The notes under the pieces were generated by a model, which was not told the origin of the DNA, searched no databases, and was given only the letters and a program-made list of their open reading frames with translations. A DNA stretch of 63,632 nucleotides, counting the filler, from Neolecta irregularis DAH-3 (taxonomy: Eukaryota): NCBI GenBank assembly GCA_001929475.1. It is 7 parts of 7 records of this genome, joined end to end, with 100 filler letters (N's around TTAATTAATTAA, not from the genome) between each part and the next. Parts side by side here need not be neighbours in the genome. Positions count along the whole stretch, not along the records: positions 1 to 25,090 come from LXFE01000478.1; 6 more parts are not named here. The stretch is one strand, 5' to 3'. Made by a program: the position numbers and the translations under genes. The stretch's first letter is position 1; each line of letters starts with the position of its first letter. This document shows, one piece after another, positions 11,696 through 25,090 of the stretch.

Positions 11696-14600
11696 ATGGA
11701 ATCACCTCTTCAGAAAGAAATCAACGTACTACGTCTGGTATAAAATTTCTACCAAATTCGGTATTTTAAGGTTGTAGTCAAACTTTCAGCAATTCACATT
11801 CAGATCATATCTTGCTATATCAAGTCGCGATAGGGAACCCATAACAAATCCTGGCCAGGGTCAAGTGCAATTACGAGAGGTCTGCTTGGACTTCACAAAA
11901 AGTGGAATACTAAGTTGTATCCATGGAGGTCAACTATGGGTATTTTCCTCAGATCGCATACCCGATGATGAGTTTAGCTTGAGAGGTGTGTTTTACAGTC
12001 TTGGAGAAGGAGCTCACTTTTAAGAGACCTCAATTGGAACATTGATTAGTTCATCATTGCTTGTTCCACCTGAGGAAACAACCTCACATATTCGACCGCA
12101 ACCCTACGTGCTCGCCTTTCTGACTGCAATCCGCAACCTAATTTCGTATAAATTTACCTCCGAATGGGGGTATACACCTTGCGGGTCATATTTATTACCG
12201 CCTCTGCCACTACAAAAATCCAACGAATTTTTAACTTATGTTGATCCGAATCCTCCGATTTCGTCGCCTCTTGTTGCAATTTCTTTCCAGCATACACCCA
12301 AAGGGACTTTTCTTCTCAGCGTCAAAAGACTGAAATATCGATTTATTCGCTTGACTGAAGCAAAAGTCAAGATTGAATCACGAACTCGACTGATTCTCGC
12401 CCCATCTGGATTTGTCGGATATCTCATCGGACCGGCCAAACCCCCTACGAAAGGCTTTGAAAGACTTAAAGGGGCTTTATTGTCTAGCGGGTTGAACTTT
12501 GATGTATCTGGAGACTGGATCCGAGTCGAACTCAAGCAAACGCCTGGAGATTACATGATTTGGCCTGCCCAGTTATGCTTCTTTCGCGAAAGATATACCA
12601 CTTTAGACAAAAAGGCTGGAATTGAATGCTGGAATTATATGGATGGAATATCTGGGTTGTCGAGAGACCTCGAGTTGGTGGAAAAGAAGCCAGAGCCACT
12701 CGATGAAGAACAAGTCGAATCGCCTTACAAGGAACCTGCTACGTATCCTACGCCGCCTCATGCAACCTCATTCCGACGCACTCCAAAGAACATTATGCAG
12801 AATACAAGCCAAACTTCTGATTCTTCTTGGGCTGAAGGTAGAAGGTCTAGTGCAGCCGATGCGTGGCAGCCTGATGATCTTGATGCGGAATTTGATATTG
12901 GACAAGTTCAAGTGACTGAGGCTGATTTTGATTTCTTCGATGAGGTTCCGAGATTAGGCACTGTACCTGACTGACTATTAGAAACCGTCTGTGTCTCCAT
13001 CTAACCTGCTGCCTACTGTCCCGAACAAGTCGAATTTAGATTCTCAGAAAACCCCTGATTCACAATTACGGTCGCCAGTAAATGACCAAACTGCTGAATT
13101 AAGACTATCAACAATAATTGATATCTCTTCCCCGCGACCAGCCTCTACAAACCTTCAAATGAATCCGTTGCAATCTCCTCGGACCTTTGATCCTTTACAT
13201 ATGTCGTCTTGCCCATCTTCGCCCGTCCTTGTCTACTCACAATCAAGCACTCCCTCATCCCGCATCTCAATGCCCTTTGTGTACAAGGCTAAGGCTATTC
13301 ACCCTCGAGTTAGACATACAAATAAGAAATACCTTTTCGGAGGTCGTTTTTGGTGTCCCCCTCCGAACATTTCCTCAAGTTCATCAGAATACGACGAAGA
13401 GGAAGAGATGGAATCTTTCGCTGAAATGAGATCCCTGCCTCACGGTGAGAAACGTAAACGTGAAGAGGATGGATCTGAAGAGAGAAATGAAAGATGTGTC
13501 CCGTTCATCGAGTCTCCATCTTCGCAAACTCCCACAGTCTCGACACCATTTTCAGTCGCAGATGATTTGCTTTTCAACTGGAATTCGGTTCTTCTCGAAG
13601 ATATTTCTCTCGAGGACTATCTTGGGGAATCTAGTATTTTAGAAGGCACGGAGTTTGATCATGTTGCAACTATACTCTGTGAACAGGTTCTTTATTGGGA
13701 AGAAATGCGCTTCCAGGGTGTTTTCAATGAAGTTAAAGGGGGAGATGCGCCTGAATTTAATCTTGTCAAGAAAGTATTGACTTCCATATTCGAGGAAAGT
13801 CCAGAAACACTCAAGCTCGGAGAATTTGCAGAGATCACCGATACTATGGAATCTGCGGGGTCAAATTCCGGGAGAATGTTACCCAAAACTACGCGGACTT
13901 TTAAATGTGAAGATCTTATATTTCAAATTGAGGTACCTGATGTCTTTATTGCCCGAAACGATCAGTATCTTGCACTAAATCCTTCGGCTTTATCTTTATG
14001 GCATAAGAACGGCTTCACGCCGCTAGCTGGACCGAAAAATATCGTCTCCTTTGTTCTCTACCCAGAGAGTGAGGGATTGACATATGCTGTCAATGCATTT
14101 CTTGATGAGCTGGCCGAAGTATATGAGCAATTCGGATTGGGAACACATTCTAGGGGAGTTCTGAAAGGATATACGAACACACGCGGAATGTGTCCTATTC
14201 CTTTAAATACGAAACATATGGACTTGAATTCTGGCTTGTCTAGTTTCCGAGATGCTTGTAATAAAATTGGTATGTTTTGTTCTGTTATATTCTGAACATT
14301 TAGGTCGATTGAGTGGTGACTTTACGGAAGACTATCAGAATATGGTTATTTATATGGTCAATCCTTTTCGATATCCTGCGGCTCTGGTATCATTATGTCA
14401 ATATTTCCTTCTGTTGAAGAAAATGTATTTATCATCGCTCGAGGAGTCCGGATTGACGATCGGAAGCGCAGTTATTTTACAGATACTACCCATCGATTTT
14501 ATGGTTGATAGTGCTGGTGTTCCCTTCCGAGCTCATTGGGATTTGAAAAAGTTGGCTTTCGAAATTTACGATAAGGCTGATTCTATCAACAAAGAATCGG

Positions 14601-15601
14601 ATGCCGAGGTGAGAGGGTTTTTCGAATAAGTAGCCTAACAGCTAGCCGATACTTACGCATAGTAATTCACGAATTAATTCTCCAGCATTTACACTCAAAA
14701 AACCCGTTCCGAAGACTATTCCTTTTAAGCTGTCATCACATGGGCCATCATCTCTATTACAAGAATCATCTACAATACACATCGGATACGCTACTTCAGC
14801 CGATCGTCGATGGATGTGTGTTACTTGGTGTGACGCGTACGGAGAATTTGCATATCGAAGGGCATTTTGCCTCGCTAGGCAAAGCACTCGCCCCCGAGAA
14901 TTTGGAGATATATGTCGAGAAGTCTGGGAATGTACGGTCGAGATCCTGCGGACTAAAAAGATTAAATGGAAAGTTGTTTTGTCCAAAGTTGGGGTAATGG
15001 GAACCACTGAGTTACCTGGTATTCATCTTTCTTGAACATTGCGATTGATCTTTGTAGGATGGCTCCAATTGATTCGCAGCAGTGGAGAAACCAACTTTTC
15101 AATCGTAATTCTTAACATCGACCTTCAACCGAGTATTCAGCTGGAGGAGATTCTAGGATTCAAATCTACACCATTGTCAACAGACTCGAATTACGAAGGA
15201 ATCGACTGCGATTTGAGAATTAGTAACGCGGATGACTTGGTTTGGGGTGTCCTTACAAATCATCGGATGAGGGTTGGAAGAGCCGGAGTGGATAACGACG
15301 GCGGTGACAACTTTCTTCGATTTAGTCTGGGAACGGGATTCTTGGTCAAACGAGTTAAAGGCGAACGGCCAAACATCCTTCAGGTATTCTGATCTCTATC
15401 ATGTTCTCTATTAATGAACAGGTAAATCTGCTTCATAGCGTGGACAAACCTGTTCAGCCAAAACTTAAGGATATTCTTATACAATTTCGAAACATGACAA
15501 CTTTTGGAATTGTCAAAGGCGTCTTGGCTAAGACAGAATGTATACCTTGGCATCTGTCAGCAGCAAACCAAATGCAGAAAATCCTCTCTTCATTGATGTA
15601 A
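11696..15601 (+). CDS. MED13: Mediator CDK8-module subunit Med13 (Srb9/Ssn2), multi-exon
   Basis: Motifs LILAPSG, WPAQLCF, YPTPP, VTEADFDFFD, PLAGPKNI, VIYMVNPF, HIGYATSADRRWMCVTWCDAYGE and a C-terminal IPWH. The start is approximate. Confidence 0.9.
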
Positions 15602-16354
15602 ATACTCTTCTGCTTTCGTCTCTTGCGAGCTCTTCATTCTCTGTATTTTGATCATTGCAGCGACAAGGTTTTTGTGCATTTGTTTTTTCACCTTTTCTAA
15701 GGTATCTTCAAGTCTTTAGTTTCTTTGGTGTATATAGGCATTCGGATGGAGTTGGACGTGTCGTTTGTGCAGATTGACGGGATTTCGCATTCTTTAGGTG
15801 GGGTAATAGTATTTCTTGTATTGAAGCTGTACATATTCAAATTAGGAGAAATACTGTTTAAATTCTGACTTCTGGAAACGATTAGTGAACTAATATTATG
15901 GTCCTTGTTGATATTAGTCACAAATTTAATCTCTCTAGCGCAGATACAACTGAAAAAGGTGATATGAACGAGCGCCGAGACCGACAACCCTTTTAGTTGT
16001 GTCATACTACATTTTAAATCGAATTCGAACCAAAATTATTTCAAGTATTCGTTCTCTGTTGAAGAACTGATAACGTTGGAAGTGAAGTCCGTGGCTTTGG
16101 TTTCGAAGTGATCGCGAGAGTTCTCGCTGAAAAGGTAGATGACTTATTTGACTAATAGTTTGCAATTTTCGTGGGCATGTAAAGCGTACGGAACCTTTTT
16201 ACTTGTTTATTCTATCTCTTCCAGGTATTAACCTAGGAAAAAACACCCCGAGTTTCACCATAAACCCTACTATAACCTGAGGACACTATTTCGGAAAATC
16301 AAATCAAATGACTGGTCTCTTCCACTTTCTATATCCTTTGTTCTTTGCTTCGTA

Positions 16355-17815
16355 ATGCTGTATCGTGCCCTCAAACTTTGTCCTGAAGTAACATCTCGGA
16401 TCTTTCATTATTTAGAAACCCCGGATCTTCGCAGTTGCGCTCTAGTTAATCGCCAATGGCGCGAAATTGGAATACCCCTGATATGGGAAGAAATCGATCA
16501 AGAAGTAAACATTGGGGATGTAGTTGATTACCTAGAATCGAATGATGAGAAGGCTGAGAGAGGAAAGTTTGTCCAGCGATGTTCATTTATTTTCAATCGT
16601 CAATCTTGTGCTTTGGATACGCATACCTATCTTCAATTCCTTCGATTCACGCCGAATCTTCGAGAAGTCTACATGTATCTCGAGATTGACCAAAAAGAGA
16701 TGATGGCAAAAGCGGCAAATGTGACATTATCTCTAGATGTTTTATCAGCGATCTCATGGGCTATCTCAAAGAGTTGCGTTTCATCAGTCGATATGAACAT
16801 CCAGGTCTGTCTTGACTCTTCGACCTCTCAGAATCTTTTACCACGCTCGACTTTGGATCGTCTCGCTCAAGCCCTGAAGTTGCTCAGCCCAATGATAATT
16901 CGCTTGAGAACCGGAATCATGCATTCTCGTCTTCAAGATATTATTCGAGCAATGCCTAATCTTTGCGAATTGTACTACAGCACTGGCATAACTGAAAAGG
17001 ACGCTTCATTCTTCATCCCTCCTGAAACCCGTTCATTCTCCATTGCGTATTCTAATCAACAAATGTGTAATACCTTTGAATTATCTTCGGAATCAGGGCA
17101 TCAGGTCGAAGAGTTGTCTATTGGTGGTATCCTTCTAAAGGAAACGTTCCTAGATAAAATGGGGATGTTTTCAAGATTGACGGAATTATCAATTACTAAT
17201 GCACACATTGAATTTCCAGCGACTCGTTACGCTGTGCCTTCCCTTTCTAGTCTCAAAATTTTCAATTTAACCGATTGTCGACTCTACACGCTATTCGCAG
17301 TTCAAATCCTTCGAAGTACCTTGGTTTTGCAAAGGTTCACTTGCAATCGTGTAGATGATCTTCGAAATTTCAATGATGATCTTTTGAAATTATTATCAAG
17401 CAAGGCGGAGCTCGTCGAATTAGAACTTCCACGGCCAAAAGACATTAATGAACGACCTTTATATACGCCCTGTGGAATCGCTATGCTATCTCGCTGTAAG
17501 CATCTCAAACTGCTCACGATTGGAATATTATCTGTTACATTTCGTCTCATCCTTGATTTAGGTCTCGCCTGTCCAGAACTGAACACCATCGTAATGCTGC
17601 CTTCCCATATCAAGGCATATAACTACAAAGAATTCAACGGACAAGGGGCGCTGGATATTTTATTGAAAGGCGTTGATCCACAACGAAGACTATTAAGACC
17701 AGCATTATTGTTCACTTCAGAGCATAGCTGTATTGATGTTGAATATATCAAAGAGACTTGGAAAGAAATGATGGATTTAATGAATGGGGGAGAATTTAGC
17801 GGGAGCGTGTGTTGA
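16355..17815 (+). CDS. F-box / LRR-like protein, intronless
   Basis: N-terminal F-box (PEVTSRIFHYL..DLRSCALVNRQW) followed by degenerate LxxLxL repeats. Confidence 0.8.
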   Translation: MLYRALKLCPEVTSRIFHYLETPDLRSCALVNRQWREIGIPLIWEEIDQEVNIGDVVDYLESNDEKAERGKFVQRCSFIFNRQSCALDTHTYLQFLRFTPNLREVYMYLEIDQKEMMAKAANVTLSLDVLSAISWAISKSCVSSVDMNIQVCLDSSTSQNLLPRSTLDRLAQALKLLSPMIIRLRTGIMHSRLQDIIRAMPNLCELYYSTGITEKDASFFIPPETRSFSIAYSNQQMCNTFELSSESGHQVEELSIGGILLKETFLDKMGMFSRLTELSITNAHIEFPATRYAVPSLSSLKIFNLTDCRLYTLFAVQILRSTLVLQRFTCNRVDDLRNFNDDLLKLLSSKAELVELELPRPKDINERPLYTPCGIAMLSRCKHLKLLTIGILSVTFRLILDLGLACPELNTIVMLPSHIKAYNYKEFNGQGALDILLKGVDPQRRLLRPALLFTSEHSCIDVEYIKETWKEMMDLMNGGEFSGSVC

Positions 17816-18179
17816 AAATTATGTAAGGGAAAAGGGGCGGAACTTGCACTCGAGGACTTGTTCATTTTTGGAAGATATCTTATTACGGATATTGATAAAT
17901 TGTTTTTTTTCAGGTGAACTCTTAAACTGATATTTCTCAGTAAGCCGGCTTAGCCAAAAGTTGAATGGGATGAAAATGGGGGTATACTTGAAATACTACC
18001 TGATTTTCTGGAAGGTGTTCACTAGTATTGAGTGATGGTAACGAGGTGGCGGTTCTCGGGCTCCCCTGAACCACACCTGACTGGATAAAAATATGGATAA
18101 AAATATAGATTCATATGACTGGAATGATATTCAGCAGATACAAATGCACTGGTTCGAATGTCAGCCTCGTATGACCCCC

Positions 18180-18652
18180 TTAGGCGATAGGAATTTTTCG
18201 AACTCCCTTGCCTTGAGCTGTTCGAATATCCAAAGTCAAGACTCCATCTGCCAATTTTGCGTCAATCTTTTCGGTGTCTGCCGGGGCTGGCAAAGTGACT
18301 GTTCGGGAGAAGAATCCGGATCGTCGGTCACTATACATTCTTCCCTTGTGTTCTTTTTTGCTCTCATCTTTGAATTCACCGCTGATCGTGAGTGAATTGT
18401 TTAGAGAGTCAAGGTTGATCGAGATGTCTTCTTTCTACTCCGGTTAGAAAGGAATGTTTGCAATCCACATGCCTTTATGCCGGGCAGTTCCATGTTAACT
18501 TTGACACATCCGTCTGCTTCATAAACCTCGAGGAGAGGACAAAGAGGCCTGACTCTGGAAGTTGACTGACTCTCTGCGGGTCGAAGTTGTCGTCGATCAT
18601 CCCAGGCCATAAAGTCTTGGACCAAATCGTGAAATGGTATCAATGAAGTCAT
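18180..18652 (-). CDS. Small heat-shock protein (Hsp20/alpha-crystallin), 2 exons
   Basis: Motifs MELPGIK-KEDI, ERRSGFFSRTVTLP and IDAKLADGVLTL. The intron at 18435-18472 has a GC donor. Confidence 0.9.
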
Positions 18653-18686
18653 GCTTGTATTGTGTCGCAAAGCATGAGCTCGAGGG

Positions 18687-18728
18687 GTATTTATAACCAG
18701 AGGTTCACTTCTGGAGGTTTCTAGAAGA
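18687..18728 (-). promoter_or_regulatory. TATA box and heat-shock element upstream of the Hsp20 gene
   Basis: TATAAATA on the minus strand lies about 40 bp upstream of the ATG. TTCTAGAA (nTTCnnGAAn) occurs at about 18719-18726, with an adjacent degenerate unit. Confidence 0.65.
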
Positions 18729-19037
18729 CTCCCCAGATCGTGATTCCTGTATGACGTATCATGACATGTTGTAAATACAGTTGTCTATTTCAGGATGGCC
18801 GTTTATTCGCGGTTGCTGCGCTCTGCAGGTCCGGGTGTAGGTGCAGCTGTCAAGCCGCTAGCTGTATGCAAGTAGGAATTGTTCTATGTGATGATCAGCA
18901 CCGAGACCAAGCTCGGCATACTTGCACGCACTTGTTATGCAATGCCGCGAGTGCTTGTGCCCGGGTATCGGCGATGACGATAATGGAGATGGTCACCACA
19001 GCGTCATTGCCCAGTGCTGCAAAGAAGTTGCGCGCCT

Positions 19038-19260
19038 CATTTGACAACCGACTGCCCTGCCCCGTTCTCACCGACACCAATCCATATTCTAGCCAAAGTT
19101 GCATACGCTTCTTCAGACGACAACCCCTCGCCTCTCCTCAAGAAATATCCCTGCAATGGACTTGTCAGAAGTCGTGGTTGAAGCAAGCGCAGAGAGTCGT
19201 TTTCAAAACGGAGATTACATTACTGACACTATAACGTTCATTCGTTGATCGAGCGGCTCT
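19038..19260 (+). pseudogene. Degenerate partial copy of exon 1 of the downstream MDR oxidoreductase
   Basis: Aligns to 19828-20090 with indels, e.g. aaagttgcatacgc, gtcgtggttgaagca.gcgcagagag and gttcattcgt.gatcgagcggctct. Confidence 0.85.
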
Positions 19261-19760
19261 GTACCAGAATACGATGGCTTTCACAGAGGAGAGGGGACTA
19301 TCTATGTGGCCGTGAGTCGCCACTAACAAGATGACGGCTACTGTCCACAGGTACTTATTATATAAAAGCGCTTAGTGCTTTCCACAGGGATATAACTGTG
19401 CCTCTCTTTCACACTATCCAGACCTGATCCTGGAGGGAGTCTCAGTTACAACAGCGGACTAACTTGGGTCACACCAACCACTGAAGGTGATCGGGAAACA
19501 GTAGTTCTCGAATAATACTATGCGAGTTGATCTTCATTCCTCCTTTTGGCAAACTATACATAGCTGCGACAACTGCAACAGCGTACGAGAGGCCATCGGA
19601 TAGATTTTGGAATATGTTTATTTAGTCGAAAGTTACTTTAAAAAAATAGATCAGTTACGGTCAAAATATTGCAAAATAAATGTTTGCTATTTATAATTCA
19701 AGTTCATGACATCATTAGTAAGTCGTCGCCTCTAGGCTTCATATCAGAATCTCCACCACC

Positions 19761-20914
19761 ATGACCACTCTACAGAAAATGCGAGCTTACACTTACACCA
19801 CACACGGTTCTCCTGCTTCTGTACTCCATTTAGCAACCGACCATCCTGCACCTTCTTCACCTACAGCAACTCAGATTCTAGTTAAAGTTGCATACGCCTC
19901 TCTCAACCCCGTCGATTACAAATTACTCACCTCTTCTCTTGCCCGCCCGATCGTCAAGAAACCATGCATCCCTGCAAGTGACTTCTCAGGGGTCGTGGTT
20001 GAAGCAGGCGCAGAGAGCGGTTTTAAAACCAACGATCATGTCTATGGAAAACAGAGCGCTGCAAAGTTCATTCGTGGATCGAGCGGCTCTCTTGCTGGCA
20101 TCTTTCCATGTAGTATTCTCGTCTCTAACATCTAGAATATCTTCTCGTTGAATCAGTACAGGTTGTTTTGAAGCCCAATACTACATCCTTTGTTGATGCA
20201 GCCAGCTTCTCATTGGCTGGATTGACCGCTCTGCAAACATGGAAAGCTGGAAAACTAGCAGAAGGCGCTAGAGTACTTATTGTAGGTGCATCAGGAGGTG
20301 TCGGCACGTTCGCTGTCCAAATCGCAAAGGCCAAAAAGGCTTATGTTGTCGCTGTTTGCTCTGGGGCCAACGCTGCACTCGTCAAATCACTCGGCGCGGA
20401 TGAGGTAGAATCTCATTATTTCCATTCACTCGTAACTTTATAGGTCATCGATTATGCTAAACACCCACGACTTGTTGAATACCTGGTAAGCCTGAACAAA
20501 CCGTTCGATTTAGTCTTTGATGTTGTTGGAAAAGACGATTCTTTGTATTACCAATCACATCGTTTTTTGGCTCCTGAGAAACCATTTCTTTTTATCGCTA
20601 CAGACATTGGCGTCTCCTCATTAGCTAGCGAAGCTATGAAGAGAGTTCTACCTGGATTTCTTGGCGGTGGGAAGAGACCGTACATCTTGGTCTATCTTCA
20701 AGAAACACCTTTGGATTTTAAAGAATTCGATCAACTCGTTCGAGATAGTATGTTTCTTGTTTTATCTAAAGTTGTATTCTGATCGTCGATAGAAAAGGTA
20801 AAAGCTGTTATTGACTCTGTTTGGGAATTCGAAGATGCAGTTGGCGCTTTTGAGAAATTGATGAAAGGGCATGCTAAAGGAAAAATTATAGTTAAAGTTG
20901 CAGGTGATCTTTAA
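19761..20914 (+). CDS. MDR-family NADPH:quinone oxidoreductase-like protein (Yim1/RTN4IP1 type), 4 exons
   Basis: Motifs VKVAYASLNPVDYK, DFSGVV, GSLAEY, VLIVGASGGVGTFAVQIAK and GHAKGKIIV. Confidence 0.9.
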
Positions 20915-21197
20915 CTGGTATTGCAATAGCATATTCTGTCTTTTCCAAGGAATTGATAATTTGTCTTCGTTGAAATATTTGTTAGAACTGACTGATTCGG
21001 TCTATTATAGTTCATTGTCGAGTCAATTTACACAGGATGACAAGTTGAAAGCTAGTGACGCAGCTGACCAGTGGGAAATTATAGTATCATGAATGCACAA
21101 CCATAAAAGAGGCATGACAAGAATCCAAAAATGAAAGAGATGTAAATCTATGCGAACTCGTGTATCAGTTGTACCAGTCAAGCCTCGAAACATTGCA

Positions 21198-22470
21198 TCA
21201 ATCAAGCCTCGAAACAATTGCATCAGTGTACTCTGTTGTCGATGCTGTTCCTCCTAGATCGCCAGTAATATGTTTTCCCTCTTTCAAAGTGTCGAATGCT
21301 GCATTTTCAATTTTATCGGCAAAGGAACCTAGATCCATGTATCGTAACATCATTACAGAAGATAATAACAAGGCAGTTGGGTTAGCGAGACCCTTTCCAG
21401 CGATGTCTGGTGCTGATCCGTGGACTGCTTCAAAGATGGCTGCGTCGACTCCGATATTACCAGATGGTGTGAGACCTAAACCGCCTACCAGTCCAGATGC
21501 CATATCCGACAGGATATCTACGATTCAGCCGAGATGACTGAAGACTCTTGCCTCCGTATAAATTGGGCATGACCATTACTCTGTCGTTATAAGGAGTTGG
21601 GTCAGTGACCATCTCATCGATTAGTAAGGGGAGGGGGGGGAGAGTACCCTTAAACAAGTATTATCCAACAATTCGGCATCGAATTCGATATCCGGATAAT
21701 CCTGCGCAACTTCCTTTGCGACTTTCAAAAACAATCCATCACTCATTTTCATAATAGTAGCCTTGTGAACGGCGGTAACTTTTTTACGTCCGATATCCTG
21801 TGCATATTGAAATGCAAACCTCAAAACACGTTCAGATGCATCCCTTGTTATAAGTTTTATCGATTGAACGACTCCATCAACGACTATATGTTCAATTCCA
21901 CTGTACTCTCCTTCTGTGTTTTCTCGAATTAAAACGGTATCAACATTATCATAAGCAGTTTTGAAACCCTGAATAGATTTACACGGGCGAAGATTAGCGA
22001 AAAGGTTGAATGTTCGTCGAAGTGTCAAGTTCATTGAAACATGTCCTTTTCCAATTTGCGTCGCTGCAAAACGTCAGCTGTAAAAATATAGTTGAATACC
22101 AAGCGGTCCTTTCAAGGCTACCGTATTCTTTTTAACGCTGGTGACGGCTTGTTCAGGTATTGCAGTTTTCCCATTTTGAAAAATGGGAGAAACGTCAACT
22201 GGTTCCCAATCAATCGGTACCTCTTGTCATTTCGACACTATACTAATAACTTACCTGTGCCGCAGCAAATATTTTCTCGACGCTTGTAGAAATTTCGGGA
22301 CCGATGCCATCACCCGCGATCATTGTAACTGTGTACCGACCCTACCCGTCTAAGCCCCGTGGTCCACAAACGAATACATTTGGATTTTTTCCCCTGATGA
22401 ATGATCCGGCTACACGACTTGCCGATCGAACATGCTGGGGAAGGCGTGTCGATTGGCGGAGAGCAAACAT
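21198..22470 (-). CDS. IDH2: Mitochondrial NAD-dependent isocitrate dehydrogenase, catalytic subunit 2, 6 exons
   Basis: Arg-rich presequence; motifs [33 protein letters not shown] and [13 protein letters not shown]. Confidence 0.95.
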
Positions 22471-23170
22471 GGTGGACTGTATGAAATGTAGTGGGTAGAG
22501 TAGAAATTTATAGTAATTAGCGGTAATGAATGGTTTATGTAAATGACTGTTATATAATAGATTCTGAATATTTCTGCATATAATAGATTCATGAATGGAT
22601 ATAGAATACTGATCCAGCCAGTGTGTACTCCGCAGCCACCATTTTCATCCAGATATCCAAATATAATTGTTCAGAATATCTAAGATCAGGTGATACGCCC
22701 TAACACTGTGTGGGGCGGTGACTTCAGTCCCCACAGTAGCCTCTGCTACACTAATCAAGTACAACCTTCAGAAATGTATGATTCAGGACACAGTATCATG
22801 AGATTCTTTGTTCCCAAGCGAACAGTAGGATTTTCCGGGAAGCCACGAATCTCGGTGTCTTCAATCGATTTCTTATTGGAAGGAGCACTATTAAATTCTG
22901 ATTTCCGCAATTGGTCTGATTAAAATCCTATCCGCTTGGAGAGAGGTCTAGTAACGATGTTGTCTCTATTTATGGCTTCATTGTTTGTGTTATGAAATAT
23001 CAATCCCAGCTCGGGTAATAATGGATTGCTTATCTATATTTCTATTCACATCATTTCTCTTTTGAAATCGTGTCTACAAAACAAATGGCTAAAAAGGAAT
23101 CATCAATACAGAAAATTATTCGTCGTTCATGTGATTTGTAAATATTTGAACCGTCTCCCGTTACATGTTT

Positions 23171-24491
23171 TCAAGTATTATTGGTTGTAATAATATCCAC
23201 CATACTTGATTTGTAAAAATGTCGTAGCAGGCTGCTTTTATGGCTATAATATTGTAATCTCCGGCTCTCCCCGTACACTTTCAAGAGAACAAATTCCACG
23301 AGGTCTCCAGTTAATTGTGGAAAAGGGAACGATACTGCATCGGCCGTGTTGTTGAAATGAGCGCACATCACGTAGCTTGCCATGTTGATTACAAGTTTTA
23401 CCGCTGACATTTTTTCATTTTGTGTTGCGACAAATCGAACTTGAGTATCCCAAGAGTCAATTGTATGGTCAAAATGACGCATAGCTAGTTTAAACATTTC
23501 CAACGCATATTGTTCTTTCTGATTGCGTTCGTCCTCGGTGCCAGACAATGGATTACTTATCTTTAGGTTCAGGCCTTGTCGAACCACAATGTACTCCCCC
23601 GATCCAACTGCGGTGATGAGCAGGTGCAGATCGTTTTCTTCAATAAATAAAAGTTTCTTCTTTGGATCGTAAATCGTGATAATGCCTGGACGAATAGTCC
23701 GGCTGAATATATCGAGAAAATCCAACACAAAAGACTGAAATAGCTCCGAAGTATCAGGCAATACGTGCACGGCCGTGTCACCTTCTCTGAAGCTAAATTC
23801 CCGACTTGCGAAGTTTGCTCCCCGAGATATGCGGCTGTATTTGCGTAGTCGCTCCTCCGGATCATGAATATGATTCTTCAAAATAAACCCTTGGGCAAGA
23901 AAGGTGTCAAAATCGACTCCTTTTGATGGTTGGCCATACATTGCAGATTTCCAACAGCCGAGTAGAAAAGGGACGTAAAAGATGTCTTTAAGGAAAGCTT
24001 CTGGATGTATGTCGTATCCTTCTAATAGGTGATTGGTCCACTGCTTCTCTGATTTCTTTTCAATATCGCTAGATAACACTGATAGGATGTCAAATCTTCG
24101 CGGTTTACGGAGCCTTGAATGTCAAAACTCCGTTCCGTCATAATTCTTACTCATATATCGTGATTATTTCCCGATGTTCATCTTGATATTGGTGCCAGCT
24201 CAAATCTGATGCAGTGGTCACATATTTCAGACACAATCTGCCACCGATGTCATCTGTTAGGATGAACGAATTGCACATATACTCCGCAAGGATGCATTCC
24301 TGTGCACACTGATCTATAGCTTCTTCGTAACTGCTCTCCATCGGAGGAAAACTGTACGAGCTCATTTTCCCACTAATATGGAAATTTTCTCTAGGATATC
24401 GACCTGTTACATCAATGAAATGATCGAGATCCGATTGAGCGAAAATATGAAGCGTATATAGCGCAATCAACCAGAAGAGCCTTGGAAACAT
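23171..24491 (-). CDS. Putative secreted hypothetical protein, 2 exons
   Basis: Signal-peptide-like start (MFPRLFWLIALYTLHIFAQS) and a Cys cluster (CAQEC..CNSF..C). A 37-nt GT-AG intron at 24114-24150 joins the two ORFs in frame. Confidence 0.65.
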
Positions 24492-24850
24492 AATAAAGGA
24501 CAAACTGGTACGAATGTGGCTTGGCAGCGTTTTCAGTTTCTTATAATGAGGATTCGAGAATAAACAAGATCCAAGCAAATCCAACCCAAATGAATTAGAG
24601 GAGAAATAACTTGATTCTATATCTTGATGATATATATGGCTTATATGCCATTTTGACGGTAACTATCTTGACTACGAGAGAAAGTCCAACATCATATCTT
24701 TATACAAATTAATTTTGGGAGAGTTGGATTTGTTACATGGAGCATTTGTTATACAGAGGTTCCCTACAGCCAGGTTTGACTAGATATTATTTGGTGAATA
24801 CACCCTGAATATAGAATATTCTCAATAATAGATAAGAATTCAAGTCATTT

Positions 24851-25040
24851 TATCGATTGAACGACTCCGTCGAATGTTCAATTCCACTGTATTCTCCTTC
24901 TGTGTTTTCTCGAATTAAACCGGTATCAACATTATCATAAGCAGTTTTGAACCCCTGAATAGATTTACACGGGCGAAGATTAGCGAAAAGGTTGAATGTT
25001 CGTCGAAGGGCAAGTTCATTGAAACATGTCCTTTTCCAAT
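24851..25040 (-). pseudogene. Isolated fragment copy of an internal IDH2 exon
   Basis: Near-identical to 21858-22057 ([16 protein letters not shown]...[13 protein letters not shown]), with a few substitutions and small deletions. Confidence 0.9.
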
Positions 25041-25090
25041 TTAAACATGGTAGACTGTATGAACAGAGTAAGCAGCATGACACCCCCAGA

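Noticed and set aside
18761-19234. 157-aa ORF as a real gene
   Set aside because: Its 3' part is an out-of-frame decayed copy of the MDR gene and it has no coherent domain.
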